Shown piece after piece: positions 48,113 to 57,154 of a stretch of 64,000 bases of DNA (within the stretch, counting starts at the first letter, position 1; the number at the start of each line of letters is the position of its first letter). Made by a program: the position numbers and the translations under genes. The notes beneath the pieces are model-generated. The model did no database searches. It was not told the DNA's origin and saw nothing but the letters and a program-made list of their open reading frames with translations. The stretch comes from Myxococcota bacterium (GTDB taxonomy: Bacteria; Myxococcota_A; UBA9042; PHBI01; JAWLBL01). The stretch spans positions 32,001 to 96,000 of the forward strand of contig JAWLBL010000022.1 in assembly GCA_041687695.1 (NCBI GenBank), in the 5' to 3' direction.

Positions 48113-49561
48113 GTGCTTCGCTCGATCATGGTCACCCTCGCCGCTCTCGTCGCGTCCGCCGGATGCGGCTCGGCGACGCCGGGCGCCGCGATCGATGAGG
48201 TGCCTGCTGCGGATCCTTCGTCCGATGCCGAGCTCGCGTTCGATGGGGCGCCTGCCGCGGACACCTCGCCCGACGCCGAGCTCGCGTCCGACGACGCCTG
48301 GCAAGAGGCCCTGGACGGGGTCGCGGCGGAGGCAGAGACCTTCGGCCCGGACACGGCCGACACGGACGCCTCGAAGGGCGACGCGTCGGACGATGACCTC
48401 GGGTCCGACGGCGACACTGCTCCTCCGCTCCCGACCTGCAGCGAGGTCCTCGATGCGGAGGCCGCGCCGATCCCCCTGACGCCCCTGTGGGACTCGACCT
48501 ACGGTCACCTGAAGGCCTCGTGGCACCGGTCCTACCATGCCGAGCGGCTCGTCGACGGCACGATGCTGCTCGGCGGAGAGTTCACTCCCGGGACTCAGTT
48601 TGGCCAGCCGCTCTGGGTGCTCCTCGACGCCGACGGCGGCCAGCTGGGCGGCGACGTCGTCCCCACCGCGGGCTCGGCCGGCGAGATCCAACGTGTCCGG
48701 GCGCTCCCCGACGGCGGCGCCATCCTCGCCGGCCACCACACGAGCAACGGCCTCGGCTTCAGCCATCTGTGGCTGGCCCGCTTCGGCCCCGGCATGGCGC
48801 CGGCCTGGTCGCGGCAGACGGAGCTCCTCGACATGAGGGCGCGCGACCTCGCCCTCCTCGAAGGCGGCGGCTTCGCCATGGCGGCGAGTGACACCTGGCA
48901 GCCCGTGGCCCACGTCGTCTGGTTCGACGCGGACGGCCACGCCGTCGACGCTTGGAGCGCCTCGTTGGGCGTCCATGTTCGTTCCGTCCAGCTATGGGTG
49001 ATGCCGGCGGGCCGTCTGGGCGTCGCCGTGGTCGCCCGCTCGGCCGACGTCCTCTACGCCCCGGACGCCCTCCACGTCGTGACCTTCGACGCCGAGCACG
49101 AGGTCGACTCCGTCGCCGAGCTGACGCTCGACGGGACGCACTTGCTGCAGGTGGTGCGCCCAAGGCCCGGGGGGGGCTGGCTCGCGGCGGGCCTTCGCAG
49201 CGAGGCAGGCCCCTGGCTGGTCGGCCTGGGTCCGACGGGCGCCGTCGAGTGGTCACGGGTGGTCCCGGTCGGGCCCGGCTCCATCTCCGACCTCGTGCCG
49301 CTCGAAGGCGGCGGTTGGTTGGCCGTCGGCAGTCTCTACCCATCGCAGAACCACTATGAATCGCTGGTCCTGAGGCTCGGCCCGTGCGGCGAGCTGGTGG
49401 CCGCCGCCCGGCTCGGGCCGGCGCTGAGGACCTTCTCGGCCGTGGCCCACGTTCCCGGCACGTCGACGGCCATGGCGACTGGCTGGGCGAGCGCGATCCA
49501 CCAAGGGACTGAAGGCTACTTCATCACGGCCACCGAGCTCCCGGTCGACTTCGGTCCGTGA
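48113..49561 (+). CDS. Hypothetical lipoprotein with acidic linker and beta-propeller-like domain
   Basis: Lipobox SAGC; Asp/Ala-rich linker; repeated DGG.xLAG / W.xx.D..G...W motifs. Confidence 0.7.
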   Translation: MLRSIMVTLAALVASAGCGSATPGAAIDEVPAADPSSDAELAFDGAPAADTSPDAELASDDAWQEALDGVAAEAETFGPDTADTDASKGDASDDDLGSDGDTAPPLPTCSEVLDAEAAPIPLTPLWDSTYGHLKASWHRSYHAERLVDGTMLLGGEFTPGTQFGQPLWVLLDADGGQLGGDVVPTAGSAGEIQRVRALPDGGAILAGHHTSNGLGFSHLWLARFGPGMAPAWSRQTELLDMRARDLALLEGGGFAMAASDTWQPVAHVVWFDADGHAVDAWSASLGVHVRSVQLWVMPAGRLGVAVVARSADVLYAPDALHVVTFDAEHEVDSVAELTLDGTHLLQVVRPRPGGGWLAAGLRSEAGPWLVGLGPTGAVEWSRVVPVGPGSISDLVPLEGGGWLAVGSLYPSQNHYESLVLRLGPCGELVAAARLGPALRTFSAVAHVPGTSTAMATGWASAIHQGTEGYFITATELPVDFGP

Positions 49562-49713
49562 GCTGGCTCGGTCCCCGGCGCGCCCACCAGGCCGAGTTCG
49601 CTGCGCCACGCGCGGCTGCCTGGCCGTCGACCGGGCCGCTGGCGGGAACGTCGAGGCCGAACCGCGTCGCGGCGCGCAAGCTCAGAGCGGCATGCGCGGC
49701 GCGCGGCGCGAGC

Positions 49714-49910
49714 GCTCGTGGACGGTCATCGCGCGCCCTCCTTGGCGGCTGCGGCGCGGGCTGGCTGGGCAGCCCCGTGGCGCGAGCGTTGACGGCCAAT
49801 CCCGAGGGGCCGCGCGAGCGAGGGGTTCGGCTGCGCGGTTCGGGCGTCGAGGCCTACCCGAGCGTGCAACGTCCCCCCGCTTCCAGCCGAGCCCCTGCGT
49901 CGGGCCACCG
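49714..49910. repeat. ~200-bp dispersed element, copy 2
   Basis: Diverged direct repeat of 47008-47206; retains AAGGAGG and the MTVHE start but stops after 15 codons. Confidence 0.9.
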
Positions 49911-49938
49911 GCCTCGCGGCTTCGCTGACCGAGAGGGC

Positions 49939-50302
49939 TCGCGCGTGCGAATCGGCTGCGCGAGCCTCGACGGAGGCTCTTCGCGGGTGCGAGTCGGCTG
50001 CGCGAGGCTCGCGGAGGCGATTCGCAGGTGAAAATCGGCTGCGCGAGGCTCGCGGAGGGGTCTTCGCAGGTGAAAGTCGCCTGCACGAGGCTCGCGGAGG
50101 CGATTCGCAGGTGAAAATCGCCTGCACGGGGCTCGCGGAGGCGTTTCGCAGGTGAAAACCGGCTGCGCGAGGGTCGCGGAGGCGTTTCGCAGGTGAAAAT
50201 CGCCTGCACGGGGCTCGCGGAGGCGTTTCGCACGTGAGAATCGGCCGCGCGAGGCTCGCAGAGGCTTCTCGCGGGTGAAAATCGGCTGCGCGAGGCTCGC
50301 GG
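49939..50302. repeat. Tandem array A: nine 41-42 bp double-hairpin units
   Basis: Consensus TCGCAGGTGAAAATCGGCTGCGCGAGGCTCGCGGAGGCGAT; units at about 49939, 49981, 50022, 50064, 50105, 50146, 50187, 50228 and 50269. Confidence 0.92.
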
Positions 50303-50323
50303 GCCGGTGCGGCGACCTGGGGG

Positions 50324-50395
50324 TCAGGGGGCCCCGGGGGTGGGGGTCGCGCTGACCGTGAAGTCGGTGAAGTTGTCGCCCGTGTCGGTCGCGTC
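50324..50395 (-). pseudogene. Duplicated 3' end (last 23 codons + stop) of the lamin-tail-domain gene at 52446-55979
   Basis: Identical to 52446-52517 (DATDTGDNFTDFTVSATPTPGAP*), offset 2122 bp. Confidence 0.85.
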
Positions 50396-50420
50396 ACGCG
50401 AGGCTCGCGCCAGGATCGCC

Positions 50421-51857
50421 TCATGGATCGGGGTGGGGGCATCGGGTACGCACCAGGGCTGGGGGCCGGGCGCCGGCGGGTGGCGGTTCGAAGCCCAGGT
50501 GACCGTTGGGCGCGACGAGTAGAGTGCCATCGGGGCTGAAGGACGTCACCAGGTCGCCGCCGAACCAGGGGTCTGCCCGCAGGGCCGCGAAGGACGGCTC
50601 GGCCAGACCGGCGAGATCACGGCACCGGCCCGCGCGAGCGGCGTCCAGACGCCACGCGACCACCAGCCGAAGGGCAGCGGGCCCAGTGCTCATGATGCCT
50701 CCGCTACGAAGGTAGCGGGTCAGGATGTCTGGTGCCTCCGCCATCAGCTCCTCCACGAATAGGCGCCGCAGCTCCGACTTCGCCGACGGGTCGGTGGCGA
50801 GGCGCTCTCGGAGGTCGTTGGCGCGTCCCTTGGGCGCCCGCCTCCCCAGTCGCTTCCGCCAAGCCTGGATGCGCTCCCAGCAAGCAGAGGCCGGCCCGGC
50901 CGAGCACGCCTGGAGGTCGAGCGGCAAGCTCTCGAGCTCATACTCGAGCACGGCGGCGTAGTTGTCATGGTCGTACTTGGCATTGGGGGAGTCCGTGGCA
51001 TCGAGCCCTTCGAGCGCCAGTACGATTTGGTACTCTAACGCGCCTCGGACCCAATCCTGGTGCGACGGAGCCGTGGTGACCAGCGCGGCGAGATCACGCT
51101 CGAACGTCTCCAGAATGCCAGGTTCGAGTCCGGGCAACTGAAGCAGGAGCTGCTCGCTCGCATAGAGCATCAGGAATGCTCCCATGTTGGCCATCTGCAT
51201 GACGCTGATGTTGGCCCCGCCTCTCGCCAGATCCTGAAAGAACTGCAGGCCATCCGCCAGGTCACGGAAGGCCTCTGCCGGACGTCCGGCGCGGGCATGG
51301 GAGATCGCGCTCGCCACGACGGCAGAGGCGGCGCGGGCCACCATCACCGCATCCTTCGGCTCGGGCCGGCGACCCGCGAGATAGGCCGAGCACGCGTCCC
51401 TCATCGCAATCGCACGTCGAATGGCCTGTATCACCGGCGAGCACAGTCGAACCTCCTCGTCCAGGGCGAGGTTGGGATCGTCGAGCGGGAGGAATGGTGC
51501 CGCCTCGAGGCTATACCAATAGTAGCGAAGCGCGGACGGGTCCTTGACCGAGATGTGGTAGTTGAAGTCGGTGTCCCGGATTCGCTCGAGACATGGCGCC
51601 ACGTCCGGGTCGGGCTCAGCGAGCGCGACGTGGTGTTCATCGGCGCGGCCTCGCTCACCGGCGCCACGCAGGACGGGTCGCTCACATCCGCGCCCCTGCT
51701 CGGATCCGAGCACGGCGGCGGCTCGCGCACGCAAGGCCGCGACCTCCGTCGCGTCGTAGATGGGCGGGGCGGGGCCGCGGTCGCGACAAGCCGCTAGACT
51801 CACCGGCAAAGCGATCGACAGCGCAACGAGCGCTCGCACCACGAGCCTGGTTGCCAT
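50421..51857 (-). CDS. Hypothetical helical lipoprotein with atypical (less GC-skewed) codon usage
   Basis: ATG 51857 MATRLVV...LAAC lipobox (ORF open to 51929); visibly more A/T than flanking genes. Confidence 0.7.
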   Translation of the reverse strand: MATRLVVRALVALSIALPVSLAACRDRGPAPPIYDATEVAALRARAAAVLGSEQGRGCERPVLRGAGERGRADEHHVALAEPDPDVAPCLERIRDTDFNYHISVKDPSALRYYWYSLEAAPFLPLDDPNLALDEEVRLCSPVIQAIRRAIAMRDACSAYLAGRRPEPKDAVMVARAASAVVASAISHARAGRPAEAFRDLADGLQFFQDLARGGANISVMQMANMGAFLMLYASEQLLLQLPGLEPGILETFERDLAALVTTAPSHQDWVRGALEYQIVLALEGLDATDSPNAKYDHDNYAAVLEYELESLPLDLQACSAGPASACWERIQAWRKRLGRRAPKGRANDLRERLATDPSAKSELRRLFVEELMAEAPDILTRYLRSGGIMSTGPAALRLVVAWRLDAARAGRCRDLAGLAEPSFAALRADPWFGGDLVTSFSPDGTLLVAPNGHLGFEPPPAGARPPALVRTRCPHPDP

Positions 51858-51970
51858 CGGGCGTCCCCAGCGAGCCTCGTCGCCCGACGAGTCGGAGGAG
51901 GAGTGAGCTTCGATGCGTGCTGAGTCCATGTCCGCCTAAGGCTCGTTGCCGGACGATGTTGTATGGGGGG

Positions 51971-52100
51971 GGGGCGCGCGCGGCTAGGGGTACGGGCGCG
52001 GTTCGGGCGTCGAAGCCGACCTCCAGCATGCCACGTCGGCCGCGCCCGGTCCGGCCGTCGGCCTCGCGGCTTCCATGACCGCCTTCGGCGGCCGAGAGGG
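51971..52100. repeat. Partial third copy of the dispersed element
   Basis: Shares GCGCGGTTCGGGCGTCGA, AGCATGCCACG, GGCCTCGCGGCTTC and CCGAGAGGGC with copies 1 and/or 2 (or the sequence just after copy 2). Confidence 0.7.
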
Positions 52101-52101
52101 C

Positions 52102-52424
52102 TCGCGCGTGCGAATCGGCTGCGCGCGGCTCGCGGAGGGGTCTTCGCAGGTGAGAATCGGCTGCGCGAGGCTCGCGGAGGCGATTCGCAGGTGAAAATCG
52201 GCTGCGCGAGGCTCGCGGAGGGGTCTTCGCAGGTGAAAATCGGCTGCACGAGGCTCGCGGAGGCGATTCGCAGGTGAAAGTCGGCTGCACGGGGCTCGTG
52301 GAGGCGTTTCGCAGGTGAAAATCGGCTGCGCGGGGCTCGCGGAGGCGATTCGCAGGTGAACATCGGCTGCACGGGGCTCGTGGAGGCGTTTCGCAGGTGA
52401 GGATCGGCCGCGCGAGGCTCGCGG
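52102..52424. repeat. Tandem array B: eight 41-42 bp double-hairpin units
   Basis: Same consensus as array A; units at about 52102, 52144, 52185, 52227, 52268, 52309, 52350 and 52391. Confidence 0.92.
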
Positions 52425-52445
52425 GCCGGTGCGGCGACCTGGGGG

Positions 52446-55400
52446 TCAGGGGGCCCCGGGGGTGGGGGTCGCGCTGACCGTGAAGTCGGTGAAGTTGTCG
52501 CCCGTGTCGGTCGCGTCGGTGTCGCGGGTGAGGCTCTTGCCGGGGCCGGTGGCGGGGGCGGGGGTGCCCTCGCCGGCGAAGACCCAGCCGCTGAAGTTGC
52601 CGTAGCCCAGCGCGTCGAGGACCTGGCCGGACGGGGAGCGGAGCTGGACGCTGTCGGGGCCGTTCTGGAAGTCCACGCTGGCGATCTGGTCGGCGTGCTG
52701 GGCGATCCAGGCCGCGGCCGTGGTGTTGGCGACGAGGTAGACGCCGTCGGCCGGGATGGAGCCGGTCAGGGCGACGGTCTTGTAGACGTCGCCGCCGTTG
52801 CCGTTGACGCCGACCAGGGTGTAACCCGACAGCGAGGCGCCGGCGGGGCCGCGGAGCTCGACGAAGACGTCGTCGTCGGTGTCGACGGCGTCGTAGAGCA
52901 GCTCGGAGATGACGATGTCGGACGCCACGGGTGGGACCCCGGGGCCGTCGCAGGTGATGCGGAGGAGCCGGGCGGTCTTGTAGGTGCTCTCGTAGCTCTC
53001 GTCGGTGGTGGCCAGCCAGGCGTAGCCGCCGGTGGGGCGCATCACGGCGTCCTTCATGAGCGTGACGTACAGCTGCAGGCCGCTGGTGTTGAAGCGGTTC
53101 TGGGTCCAGACCAGCTGGCCCTGGTCGTCGGCCAGCGCCATGACAAGGGGGTTCCAGCCGCTGGCATAGTCGCGCCGGCCACCCAGGACCAGGGCGCCGC
53201 CCGGACGCGCGGCGACGGCGGTCCACGTGCCGGTGAAGGTCGGCTGATCGGTGTCCAGCACCGCGCCGGCGGCGCTGGCGCGCACGAGGAGCGGCTTGAA
53301 CTGCCAGGTCGCGTGCTGGTCGTCGCCGGCCATGACGAAGCCGCCGAGGTCCAGGCCGGCCAGCGCGCGGGTCGCGATCGCCGCGTCGGGCAGGTCCGTG
53401 ACCACGCCGGCGGCGGTCACGCGCCGCAGCTTGGTGAGGTTCGTGCTCGAGTCGCGTGCGGCGACGACGAACGAGCCGTCGCTCAGCCGCGCGGCGCTGG
53501 GGCTACTGGCCTGGGTCAACGTCTTGTGCCAGGTCAGCGCGGCGTTCGCTCCCAACCGCCCGTACATCGGCGCGCCGATCTGGACGCCGACCACCAGGCT
53601 GTCCGTGTCCGAGATCGGCAGGATGTCGTGCAGCTCGGAGGTCTGGTCCACCTCGGCGTCCCACTTCACGGCGCCGTCGGGGCCGACCTCGGCCACCCAG
53701 CCGCGGTACGACTTGAGCCCGCCACGGACCGCCCCGACGATGAGCCACCCGCCGCCGGGCAGCTCGCGCGCCGCGCGCACCTCGTGCTCGGTGCGGCCCT
53801 CGGGCAGGTCGAGCTCGTGCTCCCACACGACGCCTCCGGCCGCGTCGACGCGCAACATCCAGCCCTTGGGCTGCAGGCTCCACGCCTCGTCGCTGGGGGA
53901 CGTGTACCCGACGACGAAGAAGCCGCCGTCGGCCGTGGGGTACAGGCGCTCGCCGTACTCGGAGTAGCCGGGCGTCCCGTACTGGGTCTCGACGAGCGCG
54001 CTCGTCAGCTGGGCGGGGGTCCGGCACTCGGTCCCGCAGGCCACCGTGCCGGCGTCACAGGTGTACACGCAGCCGCCCCCCATGCAGGCGACGCTGGCGT
54101 TCGGGCCCGGCGCGGCGCACGGCGAGCAGCTGGCCCCGCAGTGGTCGACCGAGTCGTCCGAGACGCACTTGCCGCCACACAGATGATAGCCCGGGTCGCA
54201 GGTGACGCCGCACTTGGTCCCGTCGCAGGTCGCGACGCCGTTGGGGTCGCCGGGGCAGGGCGAGCAGCTCGACCCGCAGGTCGCGGTCGCGGTGTCCGAC
54301 ACGCACTTGCCGGCGCACAGGTGGTAGCCGGTGCTACAGGCGATGCCGCACTTCGAGCCGTCGCAGGTCGCGACGCCGTTGGGGTCGCCGGGGCAGGGCG
54401 AGCAGCTCGACCCGCAGGTCGCGGTCGCCGCGTTCGACACGCACTTGCCGCCGCACTGGTGGAACCCCGCCTTGCAGGTCAGGCCGCAGCTGCCCTCGAC
54501 GCAGACCGCGGCGCCGTTCGCGTCGCCCGGGCACGCCGCGCAGCCGCCGCAGTGGTCGACCTGGGTCCCGGGCACGCACTGGCCGGCGCAGCAGTAGCCC
54601 GAGTCACAGTCGTCCCCGACGCCGCAGGTCTTGCCGTCGGCGCACGCCTGGCACTCGCCGCCGCAATCCACGTCCGCCTCGCCGCCGTTCTTCGCGCCGT
54701 CTTCGCAGCTGGTGCACACGCCGCCCGTGCAGCGCCCCGAGGCGCAGTCGGAGGCCGCGCCGCAGGTCTTGCCGTCGGCGCACGCCTGGCACTCGCCGCC
54801 GCAATCTACGTCCGCCTCGCCGCCGTTCTTCGCGCCGTCCTGGCAGCTGGTGCACACGCCGCCCGTGCAGCGCCCCGAGGCGCAGTCGGCCTCCACGCCG
54901 CACGCCCGCCCGTCGCCGCAGGGCTCGCACTTGTTGCCGCCGCAGTCCACGTCGGTCTCTTTCTGGTTCTTCACCTCGTCGTCGCAGGTCGGCGCCGCGC
55001 ACACCCCGAAGATGCAGGTCGCGCTGAGGCAGTCCGCGTGCCCGTCGCACAGCTGCCCCAGCGCGCACCCCTTGCAGTCGCCGCCGCAGTCCACGTCCGT
55101 CTCGTCGCCCGACTTCTCGTTGTCTTCGCAGCTCGCGGGCGCGCCGCAGCTGCCCCCGTCGCACAGCCCCGACGCGCAGTCGCTCGGCGCGACGCAGCCC
55201 TTGCCGAATCCGCAGCCCTTGCAGCCGCCGCCGCAGTCCACATCCGTCTCGGCGCCGTTCTTCTGGCCGTCGTCGCAAGCCGGCGCCACCGCCACGCACG
55301 CGCCCCCCAGGCACTTGCCGCTGACGCAGTCCCCATCACCCAGGCAGGCCTTGCCGTCGGCGCACCCCGGGCACGCCCCGCCGCAGTCGACGTCCGTCTC

Positions 55401-55979
55401 GGCGCCGTTCCGCGCCTCGTCGCTGCACGAGGGCGTCGCGCAGAACCCGCCCGCGCAGAACCCGCTCTTGCAGTTCGCGTCGACCAGGCACCCGCCCCCG
55501 TCGTCGCACTGGTCGCACTCGGGGCCGCCGCAGTCCACCCCCGTCTCGGCCCCGTTGCGGACCCCGTCCGCGCAGGTCGGCACGTCGCAGACGTCGCCCT
55601 TGCAGTAGCCGCTGGCGCAGTCCGCGTTGCCCGAGCACCCCTGCCCGACACACGCCGGACACGCCCCGCCGCAGTCGACGCCGGTCTCGTCGCCGTCCTG
55701 GGCGCCGTTGCCGCAGCCGGCGTCGCGGCACACGTACACGCTGCACACGCCCGACTCGCAGTCGTCCCCGCCGACGCAGGCCTTCCCGGCCGTGCACGGC
55801 GCGCACGCCCCGCCGCAGTCGACGTCGACCTCGCCCGGATCGAGCTGTCCGTTGCTGCACCCGTTCACGGGCCCGGTGTCCGGGAAGAAGACCCCGCCGC
55901 CCCCGCCGCCGCCTGGGCCGGTGCAGGCCGCGAGCCAGACGCTACAACCGACGAACACGAGCCACGGGTTCCGGGACAT
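52446..55979 (-). CDS. Large Cys-rich lipoprotein: nine xVDCGG repeats, further Cys repeats, beta-propeller-like region, C-terminal lamin-tail-like domain
   Basis: Lipobox LAAC; C.DG.KNG.E.DVDCGG x9; IVISELLYD....D..FVELRG....SLSGY.L, QNGPDSV.L. Confidence 0.85.
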   Translation of the reverse strand: MSRNPWLVFVGCSVWLAACTGPGGGGGGGVFFPDTGPVNGCSNGQLDPGEVDVDCGGACAPCTAGKACVGGDDCESGVCSVYVCRDAGCGNGAQDGDETGVDCGGACPACVGQGCSGNADCASGYCKGDVCDVPTCADGVRNGAETGVDCGGPECDQCDDGGGCLVDANCKSGFCAGGFCATPSCSDEARNGAETDVDCGGACPGCADGKACLGDGDCVSGKCLGGACVAVAPACDDGQKNGAETDVDCGGGCKGCGFGKGCVAPSDCASGLCDGGSCGAPASCEDNEKSGDETDVDCGGDCKGCALGQLCDGHADCLSATCIFGVCAAPTCDDEVKNQKETDVDCGGNKCEPCGDGRACGVEADCASGRCTGGVCTSCQDGAKNGGEADVDCGGECQACADGKTCGAASDCASGRCTGGVCTSCEDGAKNGGEADVDCGGECQACADGKTCGVGDDCDSGYCCAGQCVPGTQVDHCGGCAACPGDANGAAVCVEGSCGLTCKAGFHQCGGKCVSNAATATCGSSCSPCPGDPNGVATCDGSKCGIACSTGYHLCAGKCVSDTATATCGSSCSPCPGDPNGVATCDGTKCGVTCDPGYHLCGGKCVSDDSVDHCGASCSPCAAPGPNASVACMGGGCVYTCDAGTVACGTECRTPAQLTSALVETQYGTPGYSEYGERLYPTADGGFFVVGYTSPSDEAWSLQPKGWMLRVDAAGGVVWEHELDLPEGRTEHEVRAARELPGGGWLIVGAVRGGLKSYRGWVAEVGPDGAVKWDAEVDQTSELHDILPISDTDSLVVGVQIGAPMYGRLGANAALTWHKTLTQASSPSAARLSDGSFVVAARDSSTNLTKLRRVTAAGVVTDLPDAAIATRALAGLDLGGFVMAGDDQHATWQFKPLLVRASAAGAVLDTDQPTFTGTWTAVAARPGGALVLGGRRDYASGWNPLVMALADDQGQLVWTQNRFNTSGLQLYVTLMKDAVMRPTGGYAWLATTDESYESTYKTARLLRITCDGPGVPPVASDIVISELLYDAVDTDDDVFVELRGPAGASLSGYTLVGVNGNGGDVYKTVALTGSIPADGVYLVANTTAAAWIAQHADQIASVDFQNGPDSVQLRSPSGQVLDALGYGNFSGWVFAGEGTPAPATGPGKSLTRDTDATDTGDNFTDFTVSATPTPGAP

Positions 55980-56192
55980 GACGCTCCCCCTGGGGTGCCA
56001 GGCGCCACGGCCTGCCCACTCGACGGCTCCCGCAGCGTGCCACCTCAATAGCCGAACCGAGCCCTCGAGGGAACCCGGCCCGCAGCTTCCGGCGGTCCCG
56101 ATACGCGTCAGACGTTCGAAACGACACGGGGCCGGAGGACCACCCGATGATGGTCCGCCAGCCCCGGCGATTTCAGGCCCCGATGTTCGGGG

Positions 56193-57026
56193 CTAGCGTA
56201 CTTCCAGGTGGAAGTGCGGCGGCTTGTGCTCCTCGATGAAGGTGTCGACGCCGGATACCTGCTCGATGGCGTCGCGCAGGGCGCGCTTGTCGCTGGCGTT
56301 CATGTCGCGGCTACGGAAGTCGACCGCGCCCTCGCGCATGTGGCGCGAGATGTAGACGCCGTCGGCCTGCTGCTTCTCGATGGTGGCGGCCATCGCGGCC
56401 ACCTGCGCCATCGCGCCGCTCTCGCCCTCGTACGCGGCGACGATCTCGCGGATCGCGCCCTTGTTGGCGTACAGACCGATGACGTTGTCACCCAGCTCGA
56501 GCTTGGTGTGCATCGCCTTGGCCTGGGCCATCGGCGAGCGGGTGCCGCTGGTGACCGTCAGGCGCTTGCCGGTCTTGGCGTGGTACCTGGCCGCGATCTC
56601 CTGGACCTTGGCCTCGACGTTCGGCGCGAGCGTCACGTCGGCGGATACTACGTAGGTCGGGAACTCCTTGGGGCCGTCGGCGACGGGGGCCTCGGGAGCG
56701 GCGGCGGGGGCCGGCGCGGCCGGGGTCGTCCCAGCGGTCGACATCGCGTCGAGCGAGCCCTGGAAGGCCCTCGCGTCGAGGCCCTGCACGCCCTCGGCGG
56801 CGCCGAGGACGGCCGTCGGCATCGCGCCCTGGCCGGCCAGCGGGAGGGCCGCGTCGAAGGCGGCCAGGCTGACGTTCAGCGCCGAGTCGACGTGCGCCAC
56901 GTGGTGCGGGTAGGCGTCGCGCATCTGGGGCGCGCCGGCCGTGGTGATGATGGCGGTCGCGGCGAGGAAGCCCACGCGGGTTCGCTCGCGGCGGATGAGA
57001 CGCTGAAGTCGGGGTACCAGAGTCAT
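56193..57026 (-). CDS. Zn-dependent peptidoglycan peptidase, M15/LAS-like
   Basis: VTSGTRS..AQ, SRH..EGAVD (H-x6-D), PHFHLE (H-x-H); N-terminal hydrophobic anchor. Confidence 0.8.
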   Translation of the reverse strand: MTLVPRLQRLIRRERTRVGFLAATAIITTAGAPQMRDAYPHHVAHVDSALNVSLAAFDAALPLAGQGAMPTAVLGAAEGVQGLDARAFQGSLDAMSTAGTTPAAPAPAAAPEAPVADGPKEFPTYVVSADVTLAPNVEAKVQEIAARYHAKTGKRLTVTSGTRSPMAQAKAMHTKLELGDNVIGLYANKGAIREIVAAYEGESGAMAQVAAMAATIEKQQADGVYISRHMREGAVDFRSRDMNASDKRALRDAIEQVSGVDTFIEEHKPPHFHLEVR

Positions 57027-57154
57027 GAAGCTCCTTGTCGTGGGCGCTGTTGCACTCGACGCATCGAGGTCGGCGCCGCGCGTTGGGGAGTTTGTGAACC
57101 GGTATCAACAGCGTCTCGCCCGCCGCATTTCCCATGCTTGTTCTTTTTTTTCGG

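Noticed and set aside
49879..49889. GCTTCCAGCCG matching the RAYT REP core inside element copy 2
   Set aside because: Only 11 nt, lacks the hairpin arms and is absent from the other copies; likely chance.
50324..50530. 68-aa ORF as a real gene
   Set aside because: Chimera of an alternative frame of the upstream gene end and the duplicated lamin-tail 3' fragment.
49939..52424. CRISPR or TIGR-like guide arrays
   Set aside because: Units differ only by a few recurring substitutions; there are no unique spacer segments and no associated nuclease or Nop-domain gene is recognisable.
47008..52517. Integron with attC cassettes
   Set aside because: No tyrosine integrase, no recognisable RYYYAAC...GTTRRRY attC boundaries, and passenger genes are in mixed orientation.
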